Assembly: GCA_023248995.1 (NCBI GenBank)
Contig: JAHFDN010000011.1
Span: 2,676-66,675, forward strand
DNA length: 64,000 bases
Direction of reading: 5' to 3'
DNA from: Candidatus Rokuibacteriota bacterium
GTDB lineage: Bacteria; Methylomirabilota; Methylomirabilia; Rokubacteriales; CSP1-6
The notes under the pieces are model-generated. The model searched no databases. It was given only the letters and a program-made list of their open reading frames with translations, and was not told the DNA's origin. Of this stretch, positions 44,558-54,322 are shown piece after piece. Made by a program: the position numbers and the translations under genes. Each line of letters begins with the position of its first letter. Position 1 is the stretch's first letter.

Positions 44558-46033
44558 TTGGCCACCTCATCGTCCTCTCTTCCAGCCGGACGGCTCCCCC
44601 CGTGGTCGACGGGGAACCTCCCCGAACCGCCTCCGGTCACGCCGGCCAACGTTGTGCGCGTCATCGGGCCCGGCGCGATCTTGCTGGCCTTCTCCGTGGG
44701 CGCCGGGGAATGGCTCCTCGGCCCCGCCGCCATCGCCCGGTACGGCCCGACGATTCTCTGGATCGCCGCCGTTTCCGTCGTGCTCCAGGCGCTTCTCAAC
44801 ACCGAGATGGCGCGCTACACGCTCTACACGGGCGAGCCGATTTTCACCGGCTTCATGCGGACGGCTCCGGGTCCCAGGTTCTGGGGATGGACGTACGCGG
44901 GCCTCCACTTCCTCCAGACCGGCTGGCCCGGCTGGGCCCTCGGCGCCGCCACCGCGGTGACCGCCCTCTTCCTGGGCCGTCTTCCGGACGCGGGAGATCG
45001 CGCGGTCGTGCTCTACTTCGGCTACCTGACCTTCCTCGTCTCGGTGCTCTTGGTGCTTTCCGGCGAGACGGTAGACAAGACCCTCGAGTACGCCCAGTCG
45101 TTCATGATCTGCTGGATCCTCGCCTTCCTCCTCCTCACGGGTCTCTTCCTCGTGCCGCCGGGCGTCTGGGGCATGGTGGGAGCAGGGTTCGTCGCGCCGC
45201 TCCTCGGATCGCCAGCGTTTCCCCCTGGGGCGGATTGGTTTCTCCTCGCCGGCTTGGCCGCCTACACCGGGGCCGGCGGCACGATCAACGCCACGCTCAC
45301 CTACTGGCTCCGCGACAAAGGGATCGGGATGGGCGGGACCGTCGGCAGCAACCAGGGAGTCGTCGGGGGGCAGCGCGTCAATCTCTCCCTCGCCGGCGCA
45401 GTGTTCCCTCCGTCGGGCGAAAACCTGAGGCGGTGGAAGGGATGGTGGAGGTATCTCAGAGCCGATCAGTGGTACATCTGGACCGTCGGGTCCCTGGTCG
45501 CGACGGCGCTCCCGGGGCTGACGACCGTCGCCTTCCTCCAGCCCGGGACGACGATGGGTGGCCACGGGGTCGGCGCGTACCTGGCCCAGGCGCTGGCCGA
45601 GCGGTACGGCCCCGCGCTCTGGGCCCTGACGCTCCTCGGCAGTTTCTGGATCCTCTTCTCCACCCAGCTGGGGAATGCGGAGGGGTGCGCCCGCGTCACC
45701 ACCGACCTCCTCTGGACCGCCACCGGCCGCCTGCGAGAGTCGCGAGGGGGCAACGTGCGGGCCGTCTACTACGGGGCGCTCCTGGCCTTCGCGCTCTGGG
45801 GGTGTGCCGCCATCCCCCTGGCCGACCCCCTGACGCAGATCCTGATCGGCGCGAACATCGCCGGCGCAAACCTGGCGCTGCTTTCGATCCACACCCTCCT
45901 CGTGAACCGGAAGTTTCTTCCCCGGGAACTACGCCCACCCCTCTGGCGGGAGGCGGGCCTCGTGCTCTCGGCGCTCTTCTTCGTCGGCCTGGCGACGGCA
46001 GCCCTGGCCCAGCAGCTCTTCACGACGCGGTAG
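44558..46033 (+). CDS. Nramp-superfamily-like polytopic transporter (divergent)
   Basis: VIGPGAILLAFSVGAGEWLLGPAAIARYGPTILW resembles Nramp TM1 but lacks DPGN. About 11 TM segments. The start is uncertain: TTG at 44558 is proposed, and the track start at 44414 overlaps VanZ. Confidence 0.55.
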   Translation: MATSSSSLPAGRLPPWSTGNLPEPPPVTPANVVRVIGPGAILLAFSVGAGEWLLGPAAIARYGPTILWIAAVSVVLQALLNTEMARYTLYTGEPIFTGFMRTAPGPRFWGWTYAGLHFLQTGWPGWALGAATAVTALFLGRLPDAGDRAVVLYFGYLTFLVSVLLVLSGETVDKTLEYAQSFMICWILAFLLLTGLFLVPPGVWGMVGAGFVAPLLGSPAFPPGADWFLLAGLAAYTGAGGTINATLTYWLRDKGIGMGGTVGSNQGVVGGQRVNLSLAGAVFPPSGENLRRWKGWWRYLRADQWYIWTVGSLVATALPGLTTVAFLQPGTTMGGHGVGAYLAQALAERYGPALWALTLLGSFWILFSTQLGNAEGCARVTTDLLWTATGRLRESRGGNVRAVYYGALLAFALWGCAAIPLADPLTQILIGANIAGANLALLSIHTLLVNRKFLPRELRPPLWREAGLVLSALFFVGLATAALAQQLFTTR

Positions 46034-46173
46034 CCCACCCTCTGGCGGGCCGGTGGCCCCGCCTGTATACTGAGCGCGATCCGAACCCGGTGGGCCCTCA
46101 CCGGCGGGGCAAGAGGCCCCTCGCCTGAAGCGAGGGAGGAGCCCGGGGGCCCGCCCCAGGTGGAGGAGAAGCC

Positions 46174-46437
46174 ATGGCAACCGAGGAAAAGGTCGGGAGT
46201 GTCGTGGGCTATTACGCGAAGATCGGGGTGGCGGCCGTCCACCTCACCGACGGGCCGCTCCAGGTCGGCGACAAGATCCGGATCCACGGCCACACCACCG
46301 ACGTCACGCAGACCGTGGAGTCCCTCGAGGCGGAGCACCAGCCGATCCAGCGCGCGGAGCGGGGCAGCGAGGTGGCCATGAAGGTCCACGAGCGGGTGCG
46401 CCAGCACGACCAGATCCTGAAAATCCGCGAGCCCTGA
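46174..46437 (+). CDS. small EF-Tu domain-2-like beta-barrel protein (translation elongation factor-like)
   Basis: 87 aa. VGYYAKIGVAAVHLTDGPLQVGDKIRIHG...ERGSEVAMKV. SD GGAGGAG upstream. Confidence 0.5.
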   Translation: MATEEKVGSVVGYYAKIGVAAVHLTDGPLQVGDKIRIHGHTTDVTQTVESLEAEHQPIQRAERGSEVAMKVHERVRQHDQILKIREP

Positions 46438-46444
46438 GGCCCGC

Positions 46445-47815
46445 CTAACCGCGACCTAGCCGGGCCACCGCCTCGATGTGCGGCGTGTGCGGAAACATGT
46501 CGAGCGGCTGGACCCACTCGATCCGGTAGCCCCCCCGCGTCAGCTCCCCGAGATCCCGCGCCAACGTGGCCGGGTTGCACGAGACGTAGATGATGCGCTG
46601 GGGCCCGAGCGTCACGAGCGCCCGGAGAGCCTTGGGATGGAAGCCGGCGCGCGGCGGGTCGGCGACGACCACCTCGGCGCGGATCCCGCGGGCGATGAGC
46701 TCAGGCAGCACCGCCCGTACCTCGCCCGCCAGGAACGTGCAGTTCTCGATGCCATTGGCCTTGGCGTTCCGCTGCGCGTCGTCCACGGCGGTCTGCGCCA
46801 CCTCGATCCCGTAGACCCAACGACAGCGGCGCGCCAGGAGCAGGGTGATGGCGCCGGTGCCCGAGTACAGATCCACGACCGTCTCGGTCCCCATGAGCTC
46901 CGTGGATTCCAGGACCAGCGCGAACAGCCGCTCCGCCTGCAGCGTATTCGTCTGAAAGAAGGAGTTGGCCGAGATCTGAAAGACAAGCCCGCCCAGCGTC
47001 TCGCGGATGTGATCGCGCCCCGCCAAAAGGTGTTCCTCGACCCCCACCGCCACGCTCGCCTTCCGGGGATTGACGTTCAGGATGACGCTCGCGGTCTGAG
47101 GCGCGCGCCGGCGCAGGCGATCGGCCAGCGGGGCGAGCTCGCTCACCTGCGGCGCCGACGTGACCACGTTGACCATCGCCTCGCCGGTGCGCTTGGCCTC
47201 CCGTAGCACGAGGAAGCGCAGCAGTCCCTCGCCGCTCTCCTGCTCGTACGCCGGAAGCTTCCTCTCGGCGAGGAAAGCACGGGCTTCCGCAAGCAACTCA
47301 TTCATCCCCTCCGACTGGAGGAGGCACCGGTCGATGTCGAGCACCACGTCGTAGCGATCCGCCGCGTGGAGGCCGATGGCCGTCCCCGGAGGAGCGAGCG
47401 CGGGCGCCACCGTAAACTCCATCTTATTCCGGTAGCCGTAGAGCTCGGGCGCGCCGATGATCGGCCGGATCGGGACCGCCTCCACGCCGCCGATGCGCGC
47501 CAGGCAGTCGCCCACTTGCTTGGCCTTCCAGCGCAGCTGGGCCGGGTACGCCAAGTGCTGGAGACGGCAGCCGCCGCAGCGGCCGAAGTAAGGGCACGGC
47601 GCCTCGACGCGATCGGGGGAGGGTTCCTCGACGGCCTCGATCACGCCCCGCGCGAAGCGGGCGCGCGCCTCCGTGAGGCGGACCCGCAGGCGATCGCCGG
47701 GGAGACCGCCGCGGACGAACACGACATAGCCGTCAACGCGCCCGACGCCCTCGCCGCCGAAGGCCAGGTCGTCCACGGTGAGAGACAGGGTCTCGCCGCG
47801 TCGCGGGCGCGCCAT
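46445..47815 (-). CDS. rlmD: 23S rRNA (uracil-C5)-methyltransferase RlmD/RumA family
   Basis: 456 aa. TRAM domain, Fe-S Cys cluster CPYFGRCGGCRLQHL, SAM motif DLYSGTG, catalytic SCNP. Confidence 0.85.
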   Translation of the reverse strand: MARPRRGETLSLTVDDLAFGGEGVGRVDGYVVFVRGGLPGDRLRVRLTEARARFARGVIEAVEEPSPDRVEAPCPYFGRCGGCRLQHLAYPAQLRWKAKQVGDCLARIGGVEAVPIRPIIGAPELYGYRNKMEFTVAPALAPPGTAIGLHAADRYDVVLDIDRCLLQSEGMNELLAEARAFLAERKLPAYEQESGEGLLRFLVLREAKRTGEAMVNVVTSAPQVSELAPLADRLRRRAPQTASVILNVNPRKASVAVGVEEHLLAGRDHIRETLGGLVFQISANSFFQTNTLQAERLFALVLESTELMGTETVVDLYSGTGAITLLLARRCRWVYGIEVAQTAVDDAQRNAKANGIENCTFLAGEVRAVLPELIARGIRAEVVVADPPRAGFHPKALRALVTLGPQRIIYVSCNPATLARDLGELTRGGYRIEWVQPLDMFPHTPHIEAVARLGRG

Positions 47816-47828
47816 GCCTAGGAGGATA

Positions 47829-47906
47829 CGGGGTCAGGTCTTGCAATGCAACATCCGACCGGCGTGGTCTCCCTACTAGCATGTGTTATTGCAAGACCTG
47901 ACCCCG
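47829..47906. repeat. 19-bp perfect inverted repeat with a 40-nt spacer
   Basis: CGGGGTCAGGTCTTGCAAT (47829..47847) is the exact reverse complement of ATTGCAAGACCTGACCCCG (47888..47906). It sits in the divergent rlmD / DUF721 intergenic region. Confidence 0.85.
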
Positions 47907-48018
47907 ATACCATTGTCGGGCGCGTCGGAGTGAAGTCAATTTGGCCCGCCGGACCACGACGGCCGTCGGCCATTAATCTGGCGCGATCGGTCCAGGCGCG
48001 CTATGATAGAAGATAGCG

Positions 48019-48345
48019 ATGACTCGCCGCGGGGTCTCCACACCAACACCAGTCGGCGCGCTCCTCACGACCGTGCTTCCACCCCTGGCGGAGCGGCTCC
48101 TCGCGCGCGCCATCGAGCGCGACTGGCCGGCTTTGGTGGGCCCGCAGGTCTCCCAACGGTCTCGCCCCAGAGACCTCCGCGATCGCACTCTGACCGTGCT
48201 GGTGGACAACTCCCCCTGGCTCCAAGAAATGACGCTCCGCGAGCGCGAGATCCTCGCGCGCGTCCAGGCACGCTACGGATCCGACGCCGTCAAGGCGCTC
48301 CGCTTCGCCCTCGGCACGCCCCCATCCGCCGCAGCCGAGCCATGA
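48019..48345 (+). CDS. DUF721 (DciA-like) protein
   Basis: 108 aa. WPALVGPQVSQRSRPRDLRDRTLTVLVDNSPWLQEM fits the DUF721 pattern. Confidence 0.65.
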   Translation: MTRRGVSTPTPVGALLTTVLPPLAERLLARAIERDWPALVGPQVSQRSRPRDLRDRTLTVLVDNSPWLQEMTLREREILARVQARYGSDAVKALRFALGTPPSAAAEP

Positions 48346-50090
48346 TCCGCCTCGTCCTGCTGGCGCTCGGCGTGCTGGTGAGCCTGGCCGGCTGTGCCAG
48401 CCTCGCGCCGGCCGGGAACCCGGTGGTGTCAAAACCACCTGTCGTGCGCGCGGCCGCTCCCGACCTGAAGGCCGACGCCTACCTGCACTACGCCATCGCC
48501 CAGCTGCACGCCCGGGAGGGACGCCTGAAGGAGGCGATCTCCGAGCTGCGGGAAACGATCAAGCGCGATCCGACCACGCCCGCCCTCTGGACCCAGCTGG
48601 CCGTCTGGCTCTCACGGACGGAGGCGTCTCAGGAAGCGGTCGACGCGGCGCTCGAGGCTGCCGCCCTCGCGCCCGACGACGTGAGCGTCCGCCTGACGCT
48701 GGCCGAGCTCTATAGGAGCCAGAAGCGGTACGCGGAGGCGGAGGCGGAGCTGGAAAAGACCATCATGCTCGCTCCCGAGTCCTCCCAGGCCTACCTCGCC
48801 CTGGCGCGCCAGTATGTCGAGCTACGGGCCCACGACCAGGCCCGGGCGGTGCTCCTCCGGCTGATCCGCGTCAACCCGAACCTGGCGCAGGCCCACTTCC
48901 TCCTGGGCCGGCTGGCGATCGAAACCGAAGCCTGGGCCGAGGCCATCAGCGAGCTCCAGCGGGCCCTCGAGCTCGATCCGGACCACGACGGCGCGTGGAC
49001 GGCCCTCGGCTACGTCTACGAAACCCGCAACCAGCCGGACGAGGCCATCAAGGTCTACAAGCGGGCGATCCAGGCCAACCCCGACAACCCGGCCTTCCTG
49101 GAGCGGCTGGGCGACCTCCTGATACGCCTCGGCAAGTACCAGGAGGCCCAGCGCGAGATCGAGTCCCTGGCGGGCGTGGCCCCCCGCGACCCGCGCATCT
49201 GGATGAAGCTCGGCGCGATCTACTACGAACAGAAGGCGTGGGACAAAGCCATCGAAGCCTTCCAGCAGGTGCTGGCGCTGGAGCCGGGCAACCTCCGAGC
49301 CAGGTACTTCCTGGCCACCACCCTGATGGACGCCGGCAAGGACGCGGAGGCGCAGGCCGAGCTAGAAGGCATCTTGAAAGCCGACCCCCGCTCGATCGAC
49401 GCCCGGGTTCAACTGGGCTTTCTCCACGGACGCGCCAAGCGTTACCCGGAGGCGATCCGGATCTTCCAGGAGGCGGTGAATCTGCAGCCGCGGCGGCCGG
49501 AGCTGTTCCTGTACCTCGGCACCGCGTTCTTCCGGAACCAAGAGTACGACCGCGCCGTCAGGACGCTCCAGGAGGGGCTCTCCCTCGACGAGAAGAACAA
49601 GGACCTCCAGTTCCAGCTCGGCGTGGTGTTCGAGAAGCAGCAGCGCTTCGAGGACGCCGTCCGGGCGTTCCGCCAGGTGATCGCGCTCGACCCCAAGCAC
49701 GCCGAGGCCTACAACTACGTGGGCTACATGTACGCCGAGAAGGGGATCAACCTGGACGAGGCCGTGACCCTCATCGGCAAGGCGCTCGAGGTGGAGCCGG
49801 ACAACGGCTACTTCATCGACAGCCTCGGCTGGGCCTTCTACCAGCAGGGACGCTACCCGGAAGCGCTCCGCGAGCTCAAGCGTGCAGTGGAGCGGGCCAA
49901 GGAGGATCCGGTGATCCTCGACCACCTGGGCGACGCGTACTTGAAGAACGGCCTGGGAGAGGACGCCGTCGGCGCCTGGGAGAAATCGCTCAAGCTGGAC
50001 CCCGCCAACGAGACGGTGAAACGGAAAATCCAGGAGACCCGGGAAAAACTCCTCAGGGTCAAGGGTGAGCGGTCGAAGGTCCAGCCGTAG
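48342..50090 (+). CDS. TPR-repeat lipoprotein
   Basis: Internal ATG at 48342, forming an ATGA overlap with the DUF721 stop. Lipobox LVSLAGC. More than 10 TPR units. Confidence 0.75.
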   Translation: MIRLVLLALGVLVSLAGCASLAPAGNPVVSKPPVVRAAAPDLKADAYLHYAIAQLHAREGRLKEAISELRETIKRDPTTPALWTQLAVWLSRTEASQEAVDAALEAAALAPDDVSVRLTLAELYRSQKRYAEAEAELEKTIMLAPESSQAYLALARQYVELRAHDQARAVLLRLIRVNPNLAQAHFLLGRLAIETEAWAEAISELQRALELDPDHDGAWTALGYVYETRNQPDEAIKVYKRAIQANPDNPAFLERLGDLLIRLGKYQEAQREIESLAGVAPRDPRIWMKLGAIYYEQKAWDKAIEAFQQVLALEPGNLRARYFLATTLMDAGKDAEAQAELEGILKADPRSIDARVQLGFLHGRAKRYPEAIRIFQEAVNLQPRRPELFLYLGTAFFRNQEYDRAVRTLQEGLSLDEKNKDLQFQLGVVFEKQQRFEDAVRAFRQVIALDPKHAEAYNYVGYMYAEKGINLDEAVTLIGKALEVEPDNGYFIDSLGWAFYQQGRYPEALRELKRAVERAKEDPVILDHLGDAYLKNGLGEDAVGAWEKSLKLDPANETVKRKIQETREKLLRVKGERSKVQP

Positions 50091-50847
50091 CCACCCTGCC
50101 CTCCTCCTGGCGGCGGTGGCTGTCCTCCTCGCGGGGTGCGCCACCGTGCCCCCGCCCCGTGCCCCGATTCTCCCGGAGGCCCAGCGCCTGCTCGACCTCC
50201 TCACCCGCCGCTGGCGAGCGTTCGACGACCTCCGAACCCGCGCCGCCATCACGATCCGCCGCGAGGGGCGTGTCGAGCGGCTGAACGGCGTCCTGCTTCT
50301 CCAGGCCCCGGCGTCCCTCCGCTTCGAGGCGCTCGCGCCGTGGGGACAGCCGTTCCTCCTCCTGGCCGGAAACGCCGAGACCGTTACCCTCTACAACGTG
50401 GCGGAGAACCGCGCCCTCGTCGGCCCGGCCGGAGCCCAGGCTACCGAGCGCTGGCTCGGCTTCGCCCTCGAGCCCGACGAGCTCGTGGGCCTCCTGGTGG
50501 GGCACGTGGTGCCGATCAAGGACCCCTACTCGGCCGAGCTCGTCGCGTCCGACGCGGTCGGGCCGTCCATCAGGCTGACGGGGGCGGCAGGCGTCCAGAG
50601 AATCTGGGCGGACCCGGAGACCGGGGTGGTGCGCCAGGTCGAGATGAGAGGCGGCAAGCACCCGGCCCGCATCGCCTACTCAGGCGGCGGGCTCGGGGAT
50701 CCGCCGTCGGCCCTGACGCTGACAGCGCTCGACGCGCCCCTCACGGTGGCAATCCGCTACCACGAGCCCAAGTTCGGCACGGGGCTCTCCGCCGACCTCT
50801 TCACCCTCACCGTCCCCGAGCACGCGAAAATCCAACGGTTCCGTTGA
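50065..50847 (+). CDS. LolB-like / DUF4292-like outer-membrane lipoprotein
   Basis: 260 aa. Lipobox VLLAGC. The position immediately upstream of ispE matches the classical lolB-ispE-prs order. Confidence 0.55.
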   Translation: MSGRRSSRSHPALLLAAVAVLLAGCATVPPPRAPILPEAQRLLDLLTRRWRAFDDLRTRAAITIRREGRVERLNGVLLLQAPASLRFEALAPWGQPFLLLAGNAETVTLYNVAENRALVGPAGAQATERWLGFALEPDELVGLLVGHVVPIKDPYSAELVASDAVGPSIRLTGAAGVQRIWADPETGVVRQVEMRGGKHPARIAYSGGGLGDPPSALTLTALDAPLTVAIRYHEPKFGTGLSADLFTLTVPEHAKIQRFR

Positions 50848-50863
50848 CAGCCGCCGACGGGGC

Positions 50864-51778
50864 GTGATAGGGTTTTGTGCCTTGTCGAGACGGTCGAGGC
50901 GGGCCCGGTCGCTGACGCTTCGGACCTCGGCCAAAGTCAATCTCGTGCTCGAGGTCCTCGGGAAGCGGCCGGATGGCTACCACGAACTCTCGACGGTGCT
51001 CCAGGCGGTGGATCTGTTCGACCGCTTGGTCCTGGAAGAGGACGAGACGCTTACCCTCACGACCAGCGATCCCGCGCTTCCCCGAGACGACACCAACCTG
51101 GTCCTGAGGGCCGCGCGGCTCCTTCAAGAGGCTGCAGAGGTGCGCCGCGGAGCCCGAATCAGGCTGGAGAAGCACATCCCGGTGGCGGCCGGAATGGGCG
51201 GAGGTTCGAGTGATGCGGCCGCGACTCTCTGGGCGCTCAATCGCCTCTGGGGCATCCGCTGGGGCCGCGAGCGCCTGAGCGATCTGGCGGCCCGGCTCGG
51301 GATGGACGTCCCGTTCTTTCTCCGGGGTGGCCGGGCGCTGGCCACCGGCCGGGGCGAGCGACTTCAGCCCCTGAGCGCGGCGCCGGCCCTGTCGCTCGTG
51401 CTCGTGAAGCCCCACTTCCCGCTTTCGACCCGGGAGGTCTACGGCGGGGTCCCGGCCGGGTGGCGGGACGACGGCCGACGGACGGTGGAGCTGCTAGGCG
51501 CCCTGGCGTCGCGGGATTCGTCGCGGGTGGCCGGGAGCTTGTACAATGCCCTTGAAACCGTGGTGGACCCGGCGCATCCAGAAATCGCCCGGATCAGGCG
51601 GGCGCTCCTCGGCGCCGGGGCGCTCGGAAGCGTGATGTCGGGGAGCGGGCCCACGGTGCTGGGGATCGCGCGGTCGCCGGATCACGCGCGCCAGCTCCGA
51701 AAACGCGTCACCACCGCGTCCTGGTCGTGCTGGGCCGTGCGCACGCTGGCAGGGCCCGCCATCCGGCCGGCAAGATAA
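50864..51778 (+). CDS. ispE: 4-diphosphocytidyl-2-C-methyl-D-erythritol kinase
   Basis: SAKVNLVLEVLGKRPDGYHEL and the GHMP motif IPVAAGMGGGSSDAAA. The start (GTG at 50864) is uncertain. Confidence 0.85.
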   Translation: MIGFCALSRRSRRARSLTLRTSAKVNLVLEVLGKRPDGYHELSTVLQAVDLFDRLVLEEDETLTLTTSDPALPRDDTNLVLRAARLLQEAAEVRRGARIRLEKHIPVAAGMGGGSSDAAATLWALNRLWGIRWGRERLSDLAARLGMDVPFFLRGGRALATGRGERLQPLSAAPALSLVLVKPHFPLSTREVYGGVPAGWRDDGRRTVELLGALASRDSSRVAGSLYNALETVVDPAHPEIARIRRALLGAGALGSVMSGSGPTVLGIARSPDHARQLRKRVTTASWSCWAVRTLAGPAIRPAR

Positions 51779-51878
51779 GGCGGGATGAGCCTGGGGGACA
51801 ACGAGAAGAACGACATGCAGTCGCCGAAGGCGACTCACCATATCGGGCACCATCGCCACGGCAGGTGGCGATGGTCGT

Positions 51879-51953
51879 TGGGGCGTGGCCAAGCGGTAAG
51901 GCGCGGGACTTTGGATCCCGTATTCGGGGGTTCGAATCCTCCCGCCCCAACCA
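51879..51953 (+). tRNA. tRNA-Gln (anticodon TTG), CCA encoded
   Basis: Manual cloverleaf: acceptor TGGGGCG/CGCCCCA, D-arm GCC-AAGCGGTAA-GGC, anticodon stem CGGGA/TCCCG with loop CTTTGGA, T-arm GGGGG-TTCGAAT-CCTCC. Confidence 0.9.
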
Positions 51954-52093
51954 ACCTTTAGGATGGACCTGGCGGGCAAGAAGAACCAGAGGACGCAGCC
52001 GCGACCGCGGCTATCCTCTACGGGCACCCACGCCACCTTGTGTGGCGTGGGTCGCGGGCAACTTTCGGAGCCACTTCACGTGGCGAGGGTCGT

Positions 52094-53032
52094 ATGGCGT
52101 ACGAGCTGAAGCTCCTCACCGGCAACGCCAACCGGCCGCTGGCCGAAGAGATCGCCCGGGATCTCCGCCTCCCGCTCGCCGAGGCGGAAGTCTCGCGCTT
52201 CTCGGACGGCGAGGTGTTCGTGCAGATCAACGAGAACGTGCGGGGTGCCGACACCTTCGTGATCCAACCGACCTGCCCGCCCGTGAACGACAACCTGATG
52301 GAGCTCCTGGTGATGATCGACGCGCTCAAGCGGGCCTCGGCCCGCCGCATCACCGCGGTGCTCCCTTACTACGGCTACGCCCGGCAGGACCGGAAGGTCC
52401 AGCCGCGCGTGCCCATCAGCGCCAAGCTGGTGGCCGACCTCATCACCGCGGCCGGCTGCCACCGGGTGCTCGCGCTGGACCTCCACGCGGGCCAGATCCA
52501 GGGCTTCTTCAACATCCCGGTGGATCACCTCTTCGCGGCGCCGGTGATGATCGACTACCTCGGCAAGAAGGACCTCTCCGACCCGGTGGTGGTGGCCCCC
52601 GACGCGGGCGGCGTCGAGCGTGCCCGGGCCATGGCCAAGCGCATCCGGGCGGGGCTGGCCATCATTGACAAGCGGCGGGAAGGGGCCAACGTGTCGGTCT
52701 TCATGCACCTGATCGGCGAGGTCAAGGGCAAGGACGTCGTCATCATCGACGACATGATTGACACCGGCGGCACGCTGCTACAGGCCGTGGAAGCCCTCCA
52801 GCGCGAGGGCGCCCGGCGGATCCTGGCCTGCGGTGTTCACCCGGTCCTCTCGGGCCCGGCGATCGCCCGGATCGACGGCTCGCCGCTCGAAGAGGTCATG
52901 GTGACCAACTCGATCCCGATCGGCCCCGAGAAGCGGAGCAAGAAGATCTCCGTCCTCACGGTGGCCCCGCTCCTCGCCGAGGCGATCCGCCGCATCCACG
53001 ACGAAGAATCGGTGTCGACGCTCTTCGTTTGA
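52094..53032 (+). CDS. prs: ribose-phosphate pyrophosphokinase
   Basis: Internal ATG at 52094 ([21 protein letters not shown]). [10 protein letters not shown], and PRPP loop [12 protein letters not shown]. Confidence 0.95.
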   Translation: MAYELKLLTGNANRPLAEEIARDLRLPLAEAEVSRFSDGEVFVQINENVRGADTFVIQPTCPPVNDNLMELLVMIDALKRASARRITAVLPYYGYARQDRKVQPRVPISAKLVADLITAAGCHRVLALDLHAGQIQGFFNIPVDHLFAAPVMIDYLGKKDLSDPVVVAPDAGGVERARAMAKRIRAGLAIIDKRREGANVSVFMHLIGEVKGKDVVIIDDMIDTGGTLLQAVEALQREGARRILACGVHPVLSGPAIARIDGSPLEEVMVTNSIPIGPEKRSKKISVLTVAPLLAEAIRRIHDEESVSTLFV

Positions 53033-53056
53033 TCCTCGAAGGGAGGCTGTCACGTT

Positions 53057-53749
53057 ATGGAGGTTCAAGAGCTGACGATCACGCGGCGCGAGGGCACCGG
53101 CAAAGAGGTCGCCAAGCGCCTCCGCCGGGAGGGGCTCGTGCCCGCGGTGCTGTACGGTGTGGGCGCCCCCCAGGCGCTCACGCTCCGGACCCTCGACGTC
53201 CTGAAGGTGATCCACGGCCGCGGGGGGAGCACAACCCTGTTGAACCTGAAATTCGACGACGGCGGGGGCGGTACCCGCACCGCCATCATCCGTGACATGC
53301 AGTTCGACCCGGTGACCGAGAAGGTCATCCACGTGGACCTCCAGGAGGTCTCCATGGATCGGGCCATCACGGTGGGCGTGCCCGTCTTCCCCCAGGGGGA
53401 GGCCGAGGGCGTGAAGGAACAGGCCGGCATCCTGGAAATGATCCTCCGGGAGGTGCAGGTCTCCTGCCTCCCCGGCCAGATCCCGGAACGGATCACCGTG
53501 GATGTCTCCGCCCTCAAGATCGGCGACGTGATCACCGTCTCCATGCTGGCGCCGCTCGAGGGCGTGCGAATCCTGAACGACCCCGGCCAGGCCGTGGTCA
53601 CCGTGTCGCCGCCCATGGCTGAAGAGGTGGCCGCGCCCGCGGCGGCGGCTCCCGAGGCCCAGCCGGCGGAGCCCGAGGTGCTCACCGAGCGCAAGCCCAA
53701 GCCCGAAGAAGTCGAAGAGAAGGCCGAGGAGAAGGAACGGAAGAAGTAG
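53057..53749 (+). CDS. 50S ribosomal protein L25 / general stress protein Ctc
   Basis: 230 aa. GKEVAKRLRREGLVPAVLYG, and a long C-terminal domain with a Glu/Lys-rich tail. Confidence 0.85.
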   Translation: MEVQELTITRREGTGKEVAKRLRREGLVPAVLYGVGAPQALTLRTLDVLKVIHGRGGSTTLLNLKFDDGGGGTRTAIIRDMQFDPVTEKVIHVDLQEVSMDRAITVGVPVFPQGEAEGVKEQAGILEMILREVQVSCLPGQIPERITVDVSALKIGDVITVSMLAPLEGVRILNDPGQAVVTVSPPMAEEVAAPAAAAPEAQPAEPEVLTERKPKPEEVEEKAEEKERKK

Positions 53750-53764
53750 CCGAGGTCACGCCGC

Positions 53765-54301
53765 GTGCTCCAAGCGGTGGTGGGACTCGGGAATCCGGGC
53801 CCGGAGTATCGCGGGACCCGCCACAACGTGGGCCAGCGCGTCGTGGACCATCTGGCCAAGACCCTCCGGAAGCGCTGGCGCCGGGAGGGGGCGCACCAGG
53901 TGGCGAAGGCCGTGTGGCGGGGCGAGGCCTTCTATCTCGTCAAGCCCGGCGCCTTCATGAACGCGATGGGCCCCGCCGTTGCACGCCTGCTCCGCCGCCT
54001 CCACCTCGGCCCCTCCGACCTCATCCTCGTGTACGACGACATTGACCTGCCGCTCGGCAAAGTCCGCGTTCGAATGAAGGGCAGCCACGGCGGCCACAAG
54101 GGCGTGGGCTCCCTCATCGAGACGCTGGGAACCGACGAGCTACGCCGCGTCAAGGTCGGGGTCGGGCGTCCCGGCACGAGGGACGAGGTGGTGGACCACG
54201 TCCTCTCCCCGTTTCTCCTGGACGAGCTGCCGCTGGTGGAGGCGGCCTCGGCCGAGGCCGCCGACCACGTGCTGAAGCTGATCGCAAGTCGAACCCCGTA
54301 G
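53765..54301 (+). CDS. pth: peptidyl-tRNA hydrolase
   Basis: VVGLGNPGPEYRGTRHNVG, and DDIDLPLGKVRVRMKGSHGGHKG. Confidence 0.9.
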   Translation: MLQAVVGLGNPGPEYRGTRHNVGQRVVDHLAKTLRKRWRREGAHQVAKAVWRGEAFYLVKPGAFMNAMGPAVARLLRRLHLGPSDLILVYDDIDLPLGKVRVRMKGSHGGHKGVGSLIETLGTDELRRVKVGVGRPGTRDEVVDHVLSPFLLDELPLVEAASAEAADHVLKLIASRTP

Positions 54302-54322
54302 GACCCGAAGGGCTCTCTGCCG

